A DNA stretch of 64,000 nt from Octopus vulgaris (taxonomy: Eukaryota), in assembly GCA_951406725.2 (NCBI GenBank), contig OX597833.1:44082001-44146000 (forward strand), in the 5' to 3' direction. The position numbers and the translations under genes were made by a program. Every line of letters starts with the position of its first letter. The stretch's first letter is position 1. This document shows, piece after piece, positions 37,489 through 53,100 of this stretch. Below the pieces are notes generated by a model, which did no database searches, was not told the DNA's origin, and saw only the letters and a list, made by a program, of their open reading frames with translations.

Positions 37489-38025
37489 AATGTAAAAAAA
37501 TACAAACTGGGACAAGAACGTGAAACATTTAGAAGTCGATTATGATAACGATAGTCACTGTGGTTTGAACAATTAGCTTAACGTCCACTCCACTTCAATA
37601 GCGAAATTCTTTCCCAAGCCTTCGAACATTCTTTCAATCAACGTACCCTTCCCACTCCACTTGTTCCCTACCTACTATTCCTTTAACCCTTCTCTTCCTA
37701 CTATCTATCTTTGACGTCAATTCTTCTAACGATTTTTTAAAAATCACTCATTATCGTTTTGTTTACCATGTAGGCAGTCATTTGGAATGAAACCATGTTG
37801 TCTTCGAAACATATGTCGAGAGTAAAGGAATTTTGCTAACATCTTCGTTCGACTCCATTCTTTCATTTATTCATATACAACACACAAATTTCTGCACATG
37901 AACCCGGAGTTTCTACCGTTGAACAGGTCGCTTCAACCGTGTTTCTGACGTGAATTTGCTACCCTGGTTTCGGTTCAACGAATTTTCCATGCTTACGATA
38001 AACATAGATAATTCATTCACCTATT

Positions 38026-38065
<40 letters not shown>

Positions 38066-38496
38066 TATATAAATTGTAGCCAACCTGCCGACTACTTTAA
38101 TATGCTTGTATATCCAGCCAAATACAGTGTTGATCAGCAGGTAAATGACCTCTACGAAGCAACAAGAGTGAGTGGCAGAAATTTCAAAATTATGTTTGCA
38201 GGACCGAACGGTCAGTGGGTAAGGTGATGATGGTTGACGGCTCAGGCTGCAGATAACTCTCGTTGTTGGCAAAGCAGTTGCCAGATTCAGCATCATTGAC
38301 ATATGTAACAATAATTCCTACAGATAAACCTGCTCGCTTACCGAATATATTTATGGTAGGAGGAATTGAGAACTTTCAAAGGATCCAGTGGAGGGGAACG
38401 CCAATCAACTAAGCAGAGTTATGAGATATTCTGTTGAAGAAACAGTGAGCTTGTTGCTAAGCACAATGTCAGAATTCGAAGAGATGAACGTACCGT

Positions 38497-38916
38497 GGAT
38501 CTTTGCGGTTTGAACGGCAGTTTTTTCTTGCGGTGTCATATGAAATTGTCACCCATAATTATGTCCCTGGTATCGATCTGTTTTAGGTTTAGGGTTAGTT
38601 AGGTTAGGGTTTGGGGTGGGGGGAAGGGTACCTTTATTCCTTCAGAAATGTAAATAAACCCAATCTGTTTCTTAAACGAGGGACATATTCATACGGCACA
38701 TAATGTTTTTACCTCAATAGATGTCATTGATTGGTTGAAATTGCAGAAATTGAAGAAGAAAAAACAACAAATAACCTACAAATTATAGAATTGTCTCAAT
38801 AAAGCCAAGAGAACAAAGATGTTTTATAAACACATTCTACCAGTATACGAAGTTTAAATGTGTTTTGTTGCGTGGAAATTATTTTTAAAAAACTGCCGTT
38901 CAAACCGAAAAGATCC
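38497..38916. mobile_element. MITE with GG termini and 8-bp TSD (Merlin/hAT-type); truncated copy 11984-12332
   Basis: TIRs ggatctttgcggtttgaacggcagtttt / aaaactgccgttcaaaccgaaaagatcc; TSD cgtaccgt at 38489-38496 and 38917-38924. Confidence 0.82.
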
Positions 38917-39807
38917 CGTACCGTTTCATTTTCAATCCCTTCTGCTTCACCAGTAAGTTACCTTGTGGTATGTGTAGCAGCAATCCAGACTGCTCGGGGA
39001 GTGGAGTAAATCCTTTTTTTCTCAACTGCCTGGATGACCTTACAATAAAGAAGGAGCTTCGATAAGGTAGAAATCCTGGTAAGCCTACCACTCCCGACGA
39101 TTCCCTTTGGCATGAATCAACCGAGTCGGAAGAATGCTTAGGAAGCTGTTCAAGCAGCTAGGTCAGCAAGGTCAGCTAGGTCATCCAGTGTCCAGTGTAG
39201 CGTCATATTGAAAAATCAATTAGAAAAATACCAAACAAATGTAGTAAGAAAAAGAAAATGTCTTGACTGCTCTTCTCTTTTTTCTCTCTCTCTCTCTTTC
39301 TCTCCTCCTACGTTCTTTCTCTCTATCTTTGTCCCTTTCACTCCCTCCCTCTCACTTTTCCATGACGTTCTTCTTAATCTTTGACTGTAACTCCTTCTTG
39401 CCAATCTTCCTTCTTCTCTCCCTTTCTTACTTTCATATCCTTATAACTTTCCCTCACTTTCCTCTCCCGCGTCCTAAGTCGGCGTCTTTTTCTTAATCAC
39501 AATACTTCTTTCACCCAATCTCTCAATACTTCGAAATTCTCTATCTTTCTTTCCATCTTTGTATGTGTATATGTGTGAGTGTGTGTTTTTGCGTGCGCAT
39601 GTGCATGCGTGCTTGTGTACGTGTGTGTGTACTTAAGTTTCCATTTTTAAGAATATTTACTTCCGGTTTTCTAGCGTTAGTGACATCTATATCTCTATCT
39701 ATATCTCTTTATCCATCTCTCTCTATTTATCTCAATCTCTCTATATTTCTCTATCTATATCTCACTATCTATCTGTCTATATTTTATCTATCTACCTATC
39801 TACCTAC

Positions 39808-39959
<152 letters not shown>

Positions 39960-39983
39960 TTATCTATCTATCTATCTACCTAC

Positions 39984-40018
<35 letters not shown>

Positions 40019-40277
40019 GTTTTACCTGCCTTCCCCTACTTGAAGAAGAAAAGAGATAGAAAGAGAAACAGACAGACAGAGAGAGGGAGAAAGAGAAAGA
40101 TAGAGAGAGAAAAAGAAAGAAACAGAAAGTTGGACTTGCGTTTTTCTCTCTAATTCTGTTATGTTTGGCCATTTCGACTACGCTATTTGTAAGAGATATC
40201 TTTTCGTAAAATTTCTGCTTTCTGGAAGCCGACAATCATTTCTCCTCCTGCCTTATACCTGTCGCACAAGATCAATA

Positions 40278-40323
40278 ATGTTGTTAGTTATGATGTTACT
40301 GATGACTTCTTACACCTCGGCTT
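40278..40323 (+). CDS. gene B exon 1: signal peptide MLLVMMLLMTSYTSA
   Basis: Homolog of 14033-14078 with donor T|gtaagt. Confidence 0.75.
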
Positions 40324-40421
40324 GTAAGTTAATATTAAGAAACAATATTTTTTTCGGTTACAGCACTGAATCTTCTTCTCTTAGATAACCTGCTTTCATC
40401 TTCGAACGACACAGTATACAC

Positions 40422-40474
<53 letters not shown>

Positions 40475-42126
40475 CACACACGCACGCACACACACACACA
40501 CACACATTATCAACACACCGGCATACACTTTTCAACAGCGTCACCACAAATACCTATTTCTTTACTGTCCACAAGGGGCTACACACAGAGAGGGGACAAA
40601 CAAGGACAGACATAGGTATTAAGTCGATTACATCGACCCCAGTGCGAAATTGGTTCTTAATTCATCGACCCCGAAAGATGATAGGCAAAGTCGACCGCGG
40701 CGGAATTTGAACTCAGACCTTAACGCAGACGAAATACGGCTAAGCATTTCACCCGTCGTTTTAACGTTTCTGCCAGCTCGCCACGAATACCATAATACGA
40801 ACAACACAACACACTGTTTAATTCAGTACACACACCACACACCATCATGCACACTCTCACACCCACACACACACATAATATCTGAACACAGAGAATATAT
40901 AGATACACACGCAACACGCATTGACACGGATAACATTCGCTCACAAAAATACACTATAGATGTGCACAATATTTGATTACAGATAAACGCACACAGACAC
41001 AGACACACATACACACGTGCACACACCACCTGAATAAGCTCACATAAACGGCTACACGTGCAACACAACAGACACACGCGCACACAGACACGTTAGCTTC
41101 ACACATATACACACGTCCATATGCACACACACACACAGGGGAATACACAAAACGCACATTTCTCCACACAACACATACACTAGGTTAATTTTACACACAA
41201 ACACACATACATACATACATACGTATACATACATACATACATACATACATACATACATACATTCATACATACATATCCCGTTCTGTCTGTGTTTGTAAAA
41301 GTTTATAAAGACTGTATTTTTCAACTGATTTCCTCCAAACTGCGAACGTACATTACTTATGTTCCAGGGATGGCTTTAGACCAGTGGTTTTCAACCAGGG
41401 TTCCGCGGAACCTTAGGGTTCTACCAGCACAGTCTAGGGGTTCCGCAAGAAGTTAAAAAACTGCTAAAATCGGCAGTAATTTTTATTCTCCTGTGCAGAT
41501 ATGTGTGCATAAGACTATTAAATTATGGCACAGGGGTTCCTCGAGCCAGTGGAATGTTTCCTCGGGGTTCCACTCCAGCAAAAAGTTTGAAAAGCACTGC
41601 TTTAGACTATTAAAATTTCTCACATAATCAGTAGCGTGCCCCTTGGGAGCAGAAAAATACATACATCCGTACGCACACATTCACACCAGCAAGTACATGG
41701 AATGCATGTCACTTCACATAATGTACACACTGACACACAGAAGTCCACATAATTTTCAGCTAACCCACTCACACACTAGCATCCATTCACATAAACACAT
41801 TCACAGACACCGTCCTCCCAAACACACATGCGCTTGTGCACCTAAACGCCTTGCATATTACCGTTATCGTTATGATTATTATCTCGCTTTCATTCAACCT
41901 CTATTTTTCGGTCATCTCGCCATGTTGGACAATTTTTCTCTGCACTTCCTTTTCTTTCTCAATTTTCTTTATTCTTTCACAGTTTTCTTCATTCTCTCTC
42001 CGTTTTTTTCCCTCTGAATCCTTTTTGTCGAAAAACATAGTCTCGAGAGTTAAAAGACTTTTCCTTTCATTTTTCGAGCTTTCATCCCGAGCGTTAAAAT
42101 AATACACCTGCTGTCTTCGTCTTCTG

Positions 42127-42259
<133 letters not shown>

Positions 42260-42546
42260 ATATATATATATATGATATTAGCCGGTGTTTTTCAAACGAT
42301 GAGTAGCTTTGCGTAAAGCATGGATCGTTTTGTTCTCTTACTTTGTTATCATCTTATAATCATCTCATAATAATGACTTTTATGACTCGTATTACTACCT
42401 CAGTCAATCTAAATGTATATATTTGTCGTTACCTGTCATAAATAGCCTTTTTCTATTTGCAAAGTGCATTTTTGTAGATTTTTCATATTTTACCCTAACA
42501 TTTCCACGTGTATTTTATCTTTTCTTTTTATAACATATTTCTACTA

Positions 42547-42653
<107 letters not shown>

Positions 42654-43493
42654 AAGTTCAGCAAAATTTAGATCCAGATGAATTTGGTACTTAAGCTAAA
42701 GGCACCAGAATTTGGTATGGTATTATACATATAAATCAAATGGGGTGATTATAATCAAAATAAGCAACAAGGATATCCAAGGTTGTGTAGTGCAATCGTT
42801 TCATGCTACTTCATTTTATTATACACTGTAAGAATTACAAAGAGAATTATACACTGTAAGAATTACAAAGAGGGTAGATATATAGAAGGAGAGGTTAATC
42901 TCATCATTAAGAACGTGGTGATAGTTTGTCCTTCTCCATTGGTAGATTTCTTATCACTGTGTTCACTTTGCTATTTAGATCTATCGGTGGGGAGGGGTTT
43001 CTTATCTTGGTTCAATGAAGACAAACAAGAATTTTCTATTTATTGATAGGTGAAAGGGTAGTACAAATTTCAAAACCATAAATCCATCCTTATTATGAAG
43101 AATTTAACTTAAGCATATTTGAATGTATTTTAGCAAACGTTTGTAGGCTGAAGTGTGTGGTTTTGACATTTGTACTACCCTTTCCTCTATCTATAAATGT
43201 TAACATTTAACATTATTGACCGAGGTTACCGGGGTATTTTCGGAAGGCTTTTCTTTCCACGGATAAACCCTATTTACTTTCTCCCTTACACTTTACATCT
43301 TGACATTACTGTGATACACGATCCCTATTGATCGTTATTTTTCTTTCTTTCCCTTTTACGATCTCTTTTGATCGAAAACCTACCCCCATTCTTTTCTTTT
43401 CCCCCCATAAAGAACAGCTCTACTTTGTAATCTGTCCCATCTGTGTGCAGCCCTGTGTGGCTAATAAAGAAACAAATCTATCTATCTATCTAC

Positions 43494-43550
<57 letters not shown>

Positions 43551-43556
43551 CATTCA

Positions 43557-43631
<75 letters not shown>

Positions 43632-43635
<4 letters not shown>

Positions 43636-44671
43636 ATGGTTTGGCAAGTGCAGTATTTCTTGACCCACTTTGTGGGAGTGGCGCCTGCAGGTCTGGAGTC
43701 AAAACCGAAAGGCCTTTGTTTACTGGAAGAGTAATGGCTTTTGGAGGGACCTTTGGCCTTGTGCGGTCGATTGGAAGTCGTTCTAGACACCCCTTGAAGA
43801 AGAGGAAGAGGAATGTAGTGAGAAAGATAGAGTAAGGAATCTGAGAGCAGATAGAGAGGATGACAGCAGCAGCGCCGATAAAGATAGGGACATAGGACCA
43901 GGCGGAATAGAGAGAGTATAAGACTAAGAGACAGATTGAGGGTAGTGATAAAGACAGTTGGTATTCGGTCGTCAAAGCGAGTAGTTGGAATTTTGAGAGC
44001 AGGCGTTTGGGATGCAGGAGCTTGGCAAGTTGGAGTTAGCGGCACGGAGAGAGATATATACAGAGGAATAGGCGGCTGTTAGAGAGGAACTACAATATGG
44101 GACACTGGCTATTCAATTAGGAATTAAGGTATTTAATTGTATTGATACGTGCTACGATGTAAAAGAAAAAAAAGAAAGAAGAGAGAAAAAGAAGGACTCT
44201 GATGAAGTCGTTAAAGACATTGAACTGTATATGACTTGTTGATGTGTTTTGAAATAGAACTGTGTTTTCGGACGTATACCTTTGAAATTCTGATGTATTG
44301 ACCTTGTTGTGTCGTTACCGGACGGTTATATTGTTACTTGCATGTTTAAATGCTTTGATCTGTTGTATACCTGTATTGATTTGTTGTTTCCTTTAAATGC
44401 TTTGATCTGTGGTATACCCGTATGATGTATTGAGTTGTCACGTGCATGTCCTCCTTTAAATGTATCTGAAATGTATTTGATGTAACAATTGATTGTCATA
44501 AACTAGTTGTTAAATGTAAGCCAGTGGTGCCTTGCCTCTTTGTGTCTCTCTCGGTTGCCTCTGTATCTCTCTGTGCTGCTGCTGCTGTTGTTGCTGTCTC
44601 TCCTCTCTCCTCTTTGTGTTCCGTGGCGAACTTGCCCGTTCGGGCGAGCGACGGCGGGTGATTCCGTAACA
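43632..44671. mobile_element. probable solo LTR (Gypsy-like), copy-B specific, inserted in (TA)n
   Basis: Termini TGTTATGG...CCGTAACA, ATAT on both sides, absent from copy A at ~17910. Confidence 0.7.
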
Positions 44672-47005
44672 ATATATATATATCTTTCATCGTTTGTCTT
44701 TTACTTACTTCAGTCATTAGACTGCAGTCATGCTGGGGCACCGTCTTGAGATTTTAATCGATTGAATAGACCCCATTACTTATAATTTAAACCTGGTACT
44801 TATTCTATCGGTCTCTTTTGTCAACCACTCTAAGTTACGGAGACGTAAACACCAACACCAGTTGTCAAGTGGTGATGGGGAGACAAACACAGACATATAC
44901 ACATAGATAGATATATATACATATATACATAGACATATACATATATATACATATATATGCGACAGGCTTCTTTCAGTTTCCGTCTACCAAATCGCCTCAC
45001 AAGGCTTTGCTCAGACCTGAGGCTATAGTAGAAGACACTTGCTGAAGGTGTCACTATTAATCAAAAACAGCACATCATCTCTATACAGTCCACCTTTAAT
45101 ATCTGGAAATTTATTACTAAAATAAAATAGAATGTATAGATCAGAATCAGCAGATCCCATGGTAATGTCAAAAAATCATTGCTACTTTTTCTTGCCCAGG
45201 ACTTATTATCAAATAAACTAATCGATTTTTGAGTATATGTTTTTCTTAAGTATACACATATCAAGAAAAACTTTACTTAATGTACTCAGGTCAGATCAGC
45301 CTGGGAAAATTATTCTCACTTCAGAATTAAAAAAATTGTTTTCCTTGTGATCTTTTAAAGTTATCCTAGGCCTCATTGATACAAAAGTCTCTGTTCTATC
45401 ACCAAGGTCCTTGTCATTCATAATTTTCTTCGCTTCTAAGTTAATGAACCTTAAAACTTTTTACTTACTACTTTATAATTACTAGTAATCTCTTTCTTCA
45501 TTTATTCATGATATTTTAATAGATCCTAATCATATAAGTTTCATTGCTCCATAATTCCATTTTTTTCTTTTAAGATCACATAGTAGAGAATTTAATTTCT
45601 TTAAATGTTCAATTTCCCAGAGGGAATATTTAACAAATATAATATTCTTGACAATATTCCATAAATCGTCTTCAAAGGCCTCCAAATTGCGGTTTGGTGG
45701 TGGAAATTCCTTCGTCTGAAAGTTCTTTTAAAAAGTTCAGTATCTTTTTTATGAGGGTTATTTTCTTTTATAAAATCCATTTCATGGTAAAAAGCCACCC
45801 AACGGATTCTATGAATGAATTCAAAAGTCTTATTAATCAGATCCTTCATGAAATCCTTTCTAGGTGGAATAGGAAAGTCTTGTAAAGATAAGTGAATCGG
45901 TAATTTCTCCATTGAGACCAGCGAAAATATGTATTAATATTACTTAAATAATATACAAATATATTATTATAAATCAAACCAAGAAAAAGAACCATTTCAA
46001 TCAATATATAATAAACATTGATTTATGATGCTATTCTCCTCTAATAAACCAAGTAAATTTGTGTTACTTTCTTATTTACTAAAACTAAAGTTTATATTAA
46101 TACGAATAAATAAATTAGAACAATTATTATATATAATTATATATAATTTTGAACAATTTTGCATATATGAATGTTTCTTGTAGACCCTATAAAATTTAGC
46201 ATATATCATCATATGTTCTTTCGAACTTGTATATACACATAAAAACTAATGTGTACACTACGGTAGTAGTTGAATAATATTCTTAACGTAGCTTTTTGTT
46301 GCAGTTGGCGTCTTCCAAGTAGTCTCACTAATTCAGTTTTAATCCAAATCAAATTTAGTTTTTTAAAATTATGTTTGACTAGTGATAAGCTACATTTAGA
46401 CATAAAATACTTAAAGTCTGGTGCAGTAGAACAAAAGAGAAAAAGTGTATAGACCAAACTGTTTGACTGACGGGTAATAAAGCCCGACATCGGCATTTTG
46501 AATCCACACCATTCTTTTAACTTTGATCAATAATTATTATATTGATATTAATATGAAAGGAAATGTTAAAGGAATATATTGGTAAAGGTTTCGTAAAATG
46601 TTATCCATTAGAAAAAAGTTATTAATTTCAATTCACAAATTAATATTAAAGGGACTTGACATGTCCCTTTAAAAGGACTAGACATGTATGAACTAAACTA
46701 TTTCTTAGTTGTACACAATAAAAGACAAACGACAACACAAATCAATACAAAATGTTCTATTTATTTTCTTTAGTATAAATTACTTTTTATAAAAATTGAA
46801 TTTTTTTGCTTAACTTTTTGTAATTATTTTAACAACAAGATTATTTCATAAAAATATTAAAATTTATTTTATATTTTGTCTCTATGATCAGTATTCTATC
46901 ATGTTGTAGGGCTGTTCAGAAAAGGCAAATGACAAAAATTCTAATATTTTAAGACACTTGCTTCCCAGCTATATGGCTGGGAAGCAAGCGTCTTACAGTG
47001 ACTCC

Positions 47006-47062
<57 letters not shown>

Positions 47063-47206
47063 TGAGTGAGGCAGAAAGATTTCGATAAACAAATGCATAG
47101 ATATGCATGCATATATACTAATGTATAGATGTATCAACCAATATATCTATATATATAAATTTGTCTCTCTCTTTCTATATATGATATACATGTATGTATG
47201 AATGTA

Positions 47207-47286
<80 letters not shown>

Positions 47287-47924
47287 TATACATATATTTA
47301 TATGTATATATGTGTGTGTGTGCGTATGTGTAAGTCCGTGTGTGTGTCCGTAAATACATACTTATGTATCAAGTTATTTTCAACTGAGACGTTAGAACCG
47401 TATTTAATACTTGAAGAGCTTAACTTGAGTGCATGTGCATATATTTACCACATTGATGACATCTATCACAGGTTTTTCCCATTGTGTTGATGAACTATTT
47501 TCTATGATTAATAAAACTGTCGGTATTTTGACGACACAGGTATGTTAGTATAATAATAAATATCAAAAACTATCTGCAAAGTTTTATTTGTGGATAGATG
47601 TAATCCGTATTCACAACAACCGTTATTTTTATTGGTTCTCTTTTTCCTACTTCTGTCATTCTTCTTCTTCTTCTTCTTCTTCTTCTTCTGCTTCTTCTTC
47701 TTCTTCTTCTTCTTCTTCTGCTTCTTCTTCTTCTTCTTCTTCTTCTTCTTCTTCGTCTTCTTCTTCTTCTTCTTCTTCTTCTTCTTCTTCTTCTTCTTCT
47801 TCTTCTTCTTCTTCTTCTTCTTCTTCTTCTTCTTCTTCTTCTTCTTCTTCTTCTTCTTCTATAGTTACATTTATATATTTTTTTATAACATCTATCTCTG
47901 ATTTATGTTTAATTTTCTATGCAG

Positions 47925-48257
47925 TTACTGAGGTTGCAGATGTGTTACCTTCAAGCAATATTGATTTTGCAAACAGAACATTCTTAACTATAAAATGTCG
48001 GTATGATATAGAAAATCTTCTTATGTTTTTTCTCGTGCGAAATCACAGTGAAATTATTGTTCGAATCGATTTTCAATTGAAGACACGAAGTTTTGCGGTA
48101 GTAACCAGGAGAAAGGGTTTTGACTGTACTGTACCTACATTCCCTGCAGATAAGAAAGGTGTGATTACCTGCTCGAAACGTTATCCCTCTTGTGAGGATG
48201 CGACATACTACAAATGTTCAGCAAATAAAGAATCTTCAAAATCTAGACTTGTAAGAG
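47925..48257 (+). CDS. gene B exon 2: Ig-like domain 1, FTEVADVLPSSNIDFANRTFLTIKCRYD...PSCEDATYYKCSANKESSKSRLVR
   Basis: ttttctatgcag|...G|gtcagt; 333 nt open; all 5 Cys conserved with gene A. Confidence 0.88.
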
Positions 48258-49503
48258 GTCAGTTTACTCGTTCTATTTTTACTTCCGTTTCTTGTTTTGC
48301 ACGTATTCAACTCCATTGTCTTTATTTTTATTTCTATTGCGTGTTTCTATTGCACTATCGAACACAAGTTTCATCCAGTCAGGTCAATTGCCCAGGCCAG
48401 CCTGACTACCTCTCTCCATCACTCCTGATCTTCCATTAGTGTTTTTAGGCCTTCAACTTGGCATCCAACATCTTCTGCAAGCTGTTGTATATATGTCTTC
48501 CGTGGTCTTCCAGTCGCTGTGGTACCGTGATTTGGTGACCACAACAACTCCTTACTCACAAGTTTTTCTTTACTTCTCCAGCAATGGTCAGCAAAACCCA
48601 ACGTACGCTCTTAGATGATTGATGAGAAAGTTGATACGTTCCCGTATAACCTTTGTTTTGTTGGGTTCTCCCTCCATTAAATGTTGGGCACTGCACGTAA
48701 CATTCTGGTGTAGGTACCGTCCAGCATGCACTTAAGTCCCTCTCTTTCTTTTCTCTCTTTTACTTATTTCAGTCATTTGACAGCGGCCATGCTGGAGCAC
48801 CGCCTATAGTCGAGCAAATCAACACCGGGACTTATTCTTTGTAAGCCCAGGACTTATTCTATTGGTCTCTTTTGCCGAACCGCTAAGTGCATGTCTGTAT
48901 ATGCATGCATGAATGTATGTAAATATGTTTGCGTATGTGAATATATATGTATCTATATATGTGTCCACATATTCATACATGCGCACACACACACATACAT
49001 ACACGCACACACGCAAATATATATAATTGCACACAAATACATGCTTATGTGTAAGTAAATATACACGTGTATGAATGTGTCATTCATCTGTTGTGGAGTT
49101 ATTGCTAGTCTTTGGTTCCACACAGCCTTAGCACTGCTTACACAGTTAACCACTTCCAAGCAACAGTTCCCAAAGTCCAGGATTAACAATAATTGGAGTG
49201 TTGTCAAATGTTTTAGTTTTGTATGAAGATTGTAGTTTACATTAGTGAAACTACTCTTTTATTGTGAGGCCCTTTGTTCGAAGATAAGCATATTTCGATT
49301 CTCTTTACTCTTTTTACTCTTTTATTTGTTTCAGTCATTTGACTGCGGCCATGCTGGAGCACCGCCTTTAGTCGAGCAAATCGACCCCGGGACTTATTCT
49401 TTTTTAAGCCCAGTACATATTCTATCGGTATCTTTTGCCGAACCGCTAAGTGACGGGGACGTAAATAAAACAGCATCGGTTGTCAAGCAATGCTAGGGGG
49501 ACA

Positions 49504-49559
<56 letters not shown>

Positions 49560-49567
49560 CACACACA

Positions 49568-49612
<45 letters not shown>

Positions 49613-49803
49613 GACAGGCTTCTTTCAGTTTCCGTCTACCAAATCCACTCACAAGGCATTAGTCGGCCCGGGGCTATAGCAGAAGACACTTGCCCAAGAT
49701 GCCACGCAGTGGGACTGAACCCCGAACCATGTGGTTGGTTAGCAAGCTACTTACCACACAGCCACTCCCTGGCCTATTCGTTTTTGTTTTTTTTTCTTTT
49801 CAG

Positions 49804-50112
49804 TGAGATCTTTCATTAAGAAACTTGAATTTCTTAACCCGCCCGCTGAAGTAAACAAGTTAGCGATCTTCAGATGTTCAGCATACATCGGTGCACCTTT
49901 TGGCGCTACTGACTTTTTATGGAGTCATGAGACAAAACACTACAATTGGATAAATGTGAGTCAAGTGCATGTTCGACCGCATGGAAAGTGTTTATCTCCA
50001 GCAGTGTCAATTAAGAAAATCGTTATAAGAGAGGGGGACATTGGTAACTCATGTTCCGTCTCATGTTCCGTATACAGTGAATCACGCACTCTACAGCTCA
50101 CCAGCAAAACAG
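49804..50112 (+). CDS. gene B exon 3: Ig-like domain 2 (one-codon Cys insertion relative to A)
   Basis: tttcttttcag|...G|gtaaac; 309 nt open, phase 1-1. Confidence 0.88.
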
Positions 50113-53100
50113 GTAAACAAATTTTCTTTGTGTTATCTTCCTTAACGCCTTTATATATTCTTGTTCATTAATATCTCCTGATACAATATTTCTGGTTAAA
50201 TTACACCTTCCAGTAAATTTGTACATCCACTCACGGTTATATTGACAATTATATTTATCCTTGACAGGTATATCATTACGATTAACCAAATTTATATATT
50301 TGCTTTTTTAAGATTCTGGAGATATTTAGTTGATATAAGAAGCTGCATCCTTTAAATGCACTCTATATGACATGGTTTGCATAAAGTCCTCCTTATGGCG
50401 GAAATTGTAGTGAAAAGGTCAGTACAGCACGGAAAAGCGGACTTTCTCATTATAAATACATACATACACATGCACGCTTGCACGTATACACGTACCCACG
50501 CAGGAACGCACGCACACGCACACACACATGCATACACACACGGACACACTATACACACAGTCGTAGAGAAATGGTGCACCCCGTCCCACGTGGCAAAGTG
50601 GTATGACTCAGCCACTATAAAGTCAGCAATCATTTGTTGTTTGGTCAGTCAGTAGTAGCAGAGTTGTTATTTCATTTGCAGGCTGGTAAACATCTTGAAT
50701 TTTTCTGTGAGTTGAATAGTTTTTCACTGTGTTTGACTGTTTTGTGTCCGACGGCACATCGTTTTGCTGCCTAAGGCGGCTTTTTGACGCTTTCCTCCTT
50801 GTTTGAAAGGGGAGGCGCGGTAATGGAGCGAGAACTGAAAAGGTTAGCTCTTCAGACTTGTCGTTCGAGGAGGATCTTGTTAAAAGTTTGAAAAAGATTG
50901 ACAAGGCGATGGAGTCCAAGAACTCCAGGCGGTGAAAGAGAAAAGTGAGGACGTATGCTTGTAAGAATTGAATCAATTCAAGGAAATCTTTGAAATTGAG
51001 GGAAACGATGTAAAGGTGTTCCTTTCCAGTGGGACAACGGAACGAGTTAAAAAGAAGAACCGTACTGTGCAGAACTTACAGTTTGTAATTACAGCGAACA
51101 GAGGTCGCAACCACAACACAGGTTGAAAAGGCATAGAGGAAGTGAAGGAAGTGAATTACCTTGCCAGAAGCAGAAGATAGACAACGGGAGAGGTGCGTTT
51201 TACGTCGAAGTCTTGAGCTAGGTAGCATAGCGTGACTCCCTTCAACACGGGTGAAGTGGTCTTTCTAACCATTTACCTGGGAAGGCGTGCTTCTGGGGTA
51301 AGGGTAGAAGAGATCTCTCCTTAGGTGGGTGTAGCCTGGCTGGTGGCCGCCATCCCTTTGGAAATGACAGATAAGTTTGTGAGCTTCCAGGCCAAAAGTG
51401 TACCACAAAAAATTGGCACTGGAAATGATAATCCAGGCCGCCATGGGAGATTCAGAGAAGATGGTAGAAACCATCATATTTGGAGAAGAATTAAAGCTGA
51501 GAGTCTTAGTGGAGAGCAGGGCTCACTGTTGCTTTAAATGCTGTCAAACAGGCACATAAAACAGGATACACTCCACCTGCCGCAAAGGAACCAACGAAGG
51601 AAAGCGCACCTCCACCGCTTGCGATGTCATGTGTGAGCAAAAAAGAACCGGAGAAGGAGGAAGATAATCAGGTGGCAGAAGAGAAACATGGATGGAATAC
51701 GGCACCAAAGAAACGGAAGAGAGGGAAAAGAAGAAATCAAGGCGAAAATGTGAATTCCTACCCTACTCCCACCCTGCCCAACGCTAAACCACCATCCACC
51801 TACAGTCACCAGTAGCAACTCAAAGAACATGAACGACTATTTCTTTATTGCCCACAGGGTCCAAACATAGAGGGGACGATACAAATGAGGGAGGAGAGGA
51901 TAAAACGAATGATTTTAGAAAAGATGAATAGTTAAAAATTTACGTTAAGAATTTTTATAAATAGGATGATACCAAACAATAACCATACAATGAAGTGGGG
52001 GACGGGCTTCGCTTCGACCCCGCAAACCCATGCCACCATTGTAACCTTTTTGTATAACCTTATGGATATACTATGCGGATTCTTCATTCTCAACAAACTC
52101 GCTACAGCTTTCCATCGTTTTCCGTATAAATCAGGTGACAGGCATTTTATCTCCACCCTTATTTTTCTCTTAAGATGGTAGATGAGGAAATTAACCAGTC
52201 CAAGGCTGGAGATGAAGATGCCTCTCACGATTCTTTTCACGTGGGTCTTCCATACTACTTCTTTCGGTATAGCGACCACAATGAAAAAACGAGCCATGCC
52301 TTCTTTGTTAAAAGAGGAAGCAGGAACAATCTATATAATCGACTCGAAAGACAGTTGTACTCTTCCCAGCCGCGTCAGCTGGTGTTCAAGGTAAACCCAC
52401 ATTTCGGAAATTTTGGGTCATTGCACAATCGCGTGCGGAACAGTTTCCCTGTCCTGCTCGCATCTTGGACGCGCGGGTGCGCAAGGTTCACCATGCTTTG
52501 CGTGTGTATCGCGAAATGGTAAGGCTCCTCAGTAACACTGCCAGGTGGGGAATGTTTGGAAGTTATCCAAGGGTCTTGGCCCAAATGTCCTTCGGGACAG
52601 GTAGGCTAGTTGACCATCATGGAAGCCTAGAGTCTTCCCCCACATCGTCGTCACACTGAACCTATACCAACCCTCTATAAAAATACGAGGTGGAACCCCC
52701 TCCGCTGGCGTTGCCCATGTGACAGAGAAGCTTGAGTGCCTCACAACACTTCGCTTGCCAAGCACTCAACTTTCGTCTACACTTGACCCAAGGTCCTAGT
52801 TCACTCAAATTAGTAAGCTTAGGAAATAACAACCGACCGGACGGAGACCACACCTGTTCACTATCCAGGTAGAGACACAGATACCTCAGCATCAGCGCAC
52901 GTCTGCGCATCAACAGCCAAGACATCCCTTACCCACCATTTAGTGGGTCCTGGCAGAAGACAGAGCGCTTTTCAAGAGGACTTCTACTCCACAAAAAAAC
53001 GGAAGAGCAGCCCCTCTAAATTGATCAGCCACGGACGGGGGCAAGGCACGACGGTTAGGCAGTAGGTAATCACAGAAGCGATAAACACAACTGCGACCTC

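Noticed and set aside
37760-37830. Another hammerhead (GAAAC-ATAT-GTC)
   Set aside because: Palindromic stem III is present but no recognisable CUGANGA core; too degenerate to call
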